In this document: piece after piece, positions 6,188 through 8,718 of the stretch
Layout: each line of letters opens with the position of its first letter
Numbering within the stretch: position 1 is the first letter of the stretch
Virus record (IMG/VR): IMGVR_UViG_2529292985_000034
Origin: a virus
Taxonomy: Duplodnaviria > Heunggongvirae > Uroviricota > Caudoviricetes
DNA length: 8,718 nt
Direction: 5' to 3' (one strand)
The notes under the pieces: generated by a model
Seen by the model: only the letters and a program-made list of their open reading frames with translations
Databases searched by the model: none
What the model was told of the DNA's origin: nothing
Program-made: the position numbers and the translations under genes

Positions 6188-7006
6188 ATGTGTCAGGTAT
6201 TTGGTGTATCCAGGAGCGGTTATTACAACTGGGTACAGCATGAACCCTCAGACAGAAAACAAAGTGATGAGCGGCTAAAACTGGAGATTAAGGTGGCACA
6301 TATCCGCACTCGCGAAACATATGGAACCCGGCGGCTCCAGACGGAGCTGGCAGAGAATGGCATCATCGTTGGTCGTGACCGACTGGCACGTCTTCGTAAG
6401 GAGCTAAGGCTACGCTGTAAGCAGAAACGCAAGTTCAGAGCGACTACGAACCCGAACCACAATCTGCCAGTTGCGCCAAATCTGCTGAACCAGACGTTCG
6501 CTCCTACAGCACCAAATCAGGTCTGGGTGGCGGACCTGACGTATGTTGCCACACAGGAGGGATGGTTGTACCTCGCTGGCATCAAAGATGTTTATACGTG
6601 CGAAATTGTCGGCTACGCCATGGGAGAGCGCATGACAAAAGAGCTGACAGGTAAAGCCCTGTTTATGGCGCTCAGGAGCCAGCGCCCACCTGCCGGGCTA
6701 ATCCACCACTCTGATCGAGGTTCACAGTACTGCGCATACGATTACCGGGTCATACAGGAGCAGTCTGGTCTGAAAACATCAATGTCGCGTAAAGGTCACT
6801 GTTACGACAACGCTCCGATGGAAAGCTTCTGGGGAACGCTGAAAAATGAGAGCCTGAGCCACTATCGTTTTAATAACCGGGATGAAGCCATCTCAGTAAT
6901 ACGGGAATACATTGAGATTTTCTACAATCGTCAGCGTCGTCACTCTCGTCTGGGGAATATCTCCCCGGCAGCCTTCAGGGAAAAATATCATCAGATGGCT
7001 GCTTAA
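6188..7006 (+). CDS. IS3-family transposase OrfB (DDE catalytic domain), 272 aa; expressed as OrfAB fusion by -1 frameshift
   Basis: DDE motif residues in WVADLTYV, HHSDRGSQY and YDNAPMESFWGTLK. The orfB frame is -1 relative to orfA and is open upstream back to the A7 slippery site. Confidence 0.9.
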   Translation: MCQVFGVSRSGYYNWVQHEPSDRKQSDERLKLEIKVAHIRTRETYGTRRLQTELAENGIIVGRDRLARLRKELRLRCKQKRKFRATTNPNHNLPVAPNLLNQTFAPTAPNQVWVADLTYVATQEGWLYLAGIKDVYTCEIVGYAMGERMTKELTGKALFMALRSQRPPAGLIHHSDRGSQYCAYDYRVIQEQSGLKTSMSRKGHCYDNAPMESFWGTLKNESLSHYRFNNRDEAISVIREYIEIFYNRQRRHSRLGNISPAAFREKYHQMAA

Positions 7007-7049
7007 AAAAAGAACAAATGGTAGTGTCCGCTATTGCCAGTACACCTCA

Positions 7050-7894
7050 GTTTACTGGTGGGCTACATCGCCTGGCTGGCGACCGCTTACCGGATGAGCT
7101 TTTCCCGCGAAATCAATCTGGGCCTGGCGCAACATGAGTTCGAATTGTTCTGTCAGCCTTTGCTTAATGCGCGCAGCCAGCAATGTATTGGTGTAGAGAT
7201 TTTGCTGCGCTGGAACAATCCGCGTCAGGGCCGGATTTCACCGGATGTGTTTATTCCTATCGCGGAAGAACATCATTTAATTGTGCCACTGACCCGCTAT
7301 GTGATGGCAGAAACCATTCGTCAGCGCCATGTTTTCCCGATGAGTAGTCAGTTTCATGTTGGCATTAACGTCGCACCCAGCCATTTTCGCCGTGGTGTGC
7401 TGATAAAAGATCTCAATCAGTACTGGTTTAGCGCTCACCCGATTCAGCAACTGATCCTCGAAATCACCGAACGCGATGCCTTACTGGATGTTGATTATCG
7501 GATTGCCCGCGAGCTACATCGTAAAAACGTCAAACTGGCGATTGATGACTTCGGCACCGGCAACAGTTCATTTTCCTGGCTTGAAACATTACGTCCTGAC
7601 GTGCTGAAAATTGATAAGTCATTTACCGCAGCTATAGGTTCTGACGCGGTTAACTCGACGGTGACCGATATCATCATCGCGCTGGGGCAAAGACTGAATA
7701 TTGAACTGGTGGCGGAGGGCGTGGAAACGCAAGAACAGGCGAAGTATTTGCGCCGTCATGGCGTGCATATTTTGCAAGGGTATTTGTACGCACAGCCGAT
7801 GCCGCTACGTGATTTTCCCAAATGGCTGGCGGGCAGCCAACCGCCGCCCGCCCGGCATAATGGACATATCACGCCCATTATGCCGTTACGTTAA
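7050..7894 (+). pseudogene. EAL-domain c-di-GMP phosphodiesterase gene, 5'-truncated by IS600
   Basis: EAL-domain motifs ELFCQP, DDFGTG, KIDKSF and VAEGVET. A transmembrane segment (LSLLVGYIAWLATAY) precedes the EAL domain. The reading frame is open right up to the IS end with no credible native start, consistent with a CSS-type membrane phosphodiesterase that has lost its N-terminal half. Confidence 0.8.
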
Positions 7895-7960
7895 CGCTGA
7901 TATGACTTTCCGTGTCAAACCGGAATCTCTAATTTTGACGATTTTCTTTTTAGGTTTAAT

Positions 7961-8145
7961 TCCCTGAGGGCGACGTAGCAGTAAATCCGACGGTGAATCA
8001 CGCTGATATTCGCGGGTTGGATACCGCATTACAGAGGTCCGTCATATGAGCCTGCCACTTTCTTACGTCGCGAATCAGCTTTGTTCCGCCGTCGCCAAGC
8101 GCTAACGTGGGTTACTCTTGTACCGGGCTACGTCGCCTTCAGGGA
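7961..8145. repeat. 185-bp structured palindromic element, closed by 19-bp inverted repeats
   Basis: TCCCTGAGGGCGACGTAGC (7961-7979) pairs with 8127-8145 at 18 of 19 positions. Internal inverted repeats include GCTGATATTCGCG (8002-8014) with CGCGAATCAGC (8069-8079) and GTAAATCCGACG with CGTGGGTTAC, on different centres. Lies 18 bp 3' of the IS110-family transposase stop. Confidence 0.5.
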
Positions 8146-8163
8146 ACTGGTTATTCTCATTTT

Positions 8164-8718
8164 TTATTTGTGACATTGTGGTTGTTGTGCGACAGACATT
8201 GCTATTCGGCCCATATCCCAGATAAAACCCGCCAGCTCACGTGCAACAGCAACAATTGTAATATTGACATTCTTTCCTTTGGCCTGAAGTTTTCGATACC
8301 TCTTACAAAGCCTGAGTTGAGCATCCCATGCTCTGTCAATGACGGGGCGGGGTAAATTTTCCTGCCTTTTTTGTATTGCCGGACTGATGCGTGCCGGATG
8401 ACGGTAACTCCACGCTGCCTCGACCAATAGCTTTCTGGCATAGCTGTTTCCGGCTTTGGTAATGCTGCCCTGATGTCTGCTTCCACCCGATGAATATTCT
8501 GATGGCGTGATACCAAACCATGACATCAGTTGTCGTGGATGTTCAAAACGGGTCAGATCACCCAGTTCAGAAATTAATCCAACCGCAGTAATAAACTGAA
8601 TCCCTCGCATGGCTTGCAGCGCCTCTACTACCGGATACAGCCTCCATTCGGTAACGGCCTCCTTCAGGGCGGATTCCAGCCGTTCACATTGTGCCTGCCG
8701 GTCTTCTATTGTACGACG
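8164..8718 (-). CDS. IS110-family transposase, C-terminal part (N-terminus beyond window end)
   Basis: Minus-strand frame is open from the window edge to the stop at 8166-8164. GIQFITAVGLISELGDLTRF...GSRHQGSITKAGNSYARKLL is characteristic of the IS110/IS116/IS902 transposase C-terminal domain. Confidence 0.8.
   Translation of the reverse strand, partial: RRTIEDRQAQCERLESALKEAVTEWRLYPVVEALQAMRGIQFITAVGLISELGDLTRFEHPRQLMSWFGITPSEYSSGGSRHQGSITKAGNSYARKLLVEAAWSYRHPARISPAIQKRQENLPRPVIDRAWDAQLRLCKRYRKLQAKGKNVNITIVAVARELAGFIWDMGRIAMSVAQQPQCHK

Larger units (their letters stand above)
5786..7049 (+). mobile_element. IS3-family insertion sequence, IS600-like, complete (1264 bp)
   Basis: Imperfect terminal inverted repeats TGAGGTAGCCTGAGTTTAACGGACACT (left) and the complement of AGTGTCCGCTATTGCCAGTACACCTCA (right). 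orfA and orfB in 0/-1 frames. The length matches the 1264 bp I recall for IS600. No flanking direct repeat (GAC vs GTT). Confidence 0.85.

Noticed and set aside
6912-7097. ORF (61 aa) spanning the IS600 right end
   Set aside because: Crosses the IS/host junction and overlaps the orfB 3' end; an artefact of the junction.
8202-8516. Alternative minus-strand ORFs (104 aa and 61 aa) inside the IS110-family gene
   Set aside because: Out-of-frame overlaps of the well-supported transposase frame.

Overview
Enterobacterial-type accessory DNA (E. coli/Shigella-like). The left 5.8 kb is the integrase-proximal part of a P4-like integrative element or phage-satellite-type island, and this is where the best candidate for an undescribed system sits. 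It comprises a P4-family tyrosine integrase (1-1218), an AlpA/Vis-type regulator (1585-1773), and a minus-strand two-gene unit headed by a ribbon-helix-helix protein (2453-2043). A divergent control region follows, with three GTGGCTGACA direct repeats overlapping a sigma70-like promoter (2475-2555). That promoter faces a tightly coupled plus-strand operon of six small ORFs of unknown function (2648-4036), ending in a toprim + RecA-like ATPase replication protein (4033-5433) and an iteron/A-rich putative origin (5432-5624). The island is cut at 5785/5786 by a complete 1264-bp IS600-like IS3-family element (5786-7049) that has no target-site duplication. On its right the IS abuts the C-terminal part of an EAL-domain c-di-GMP phosphodiesterase gene (7050-7894, pseudogene). 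Further right is a 185-bp highly structured palindromic element (7961-8145) lying immediately 3' of a partial IS110-family transposase gene (8164-8718, minus strand, running off the window). No tRNA, rRNA or CRISPR array was seen. All calls rest on reading the sequence and ORF track by eye; no database search was run.
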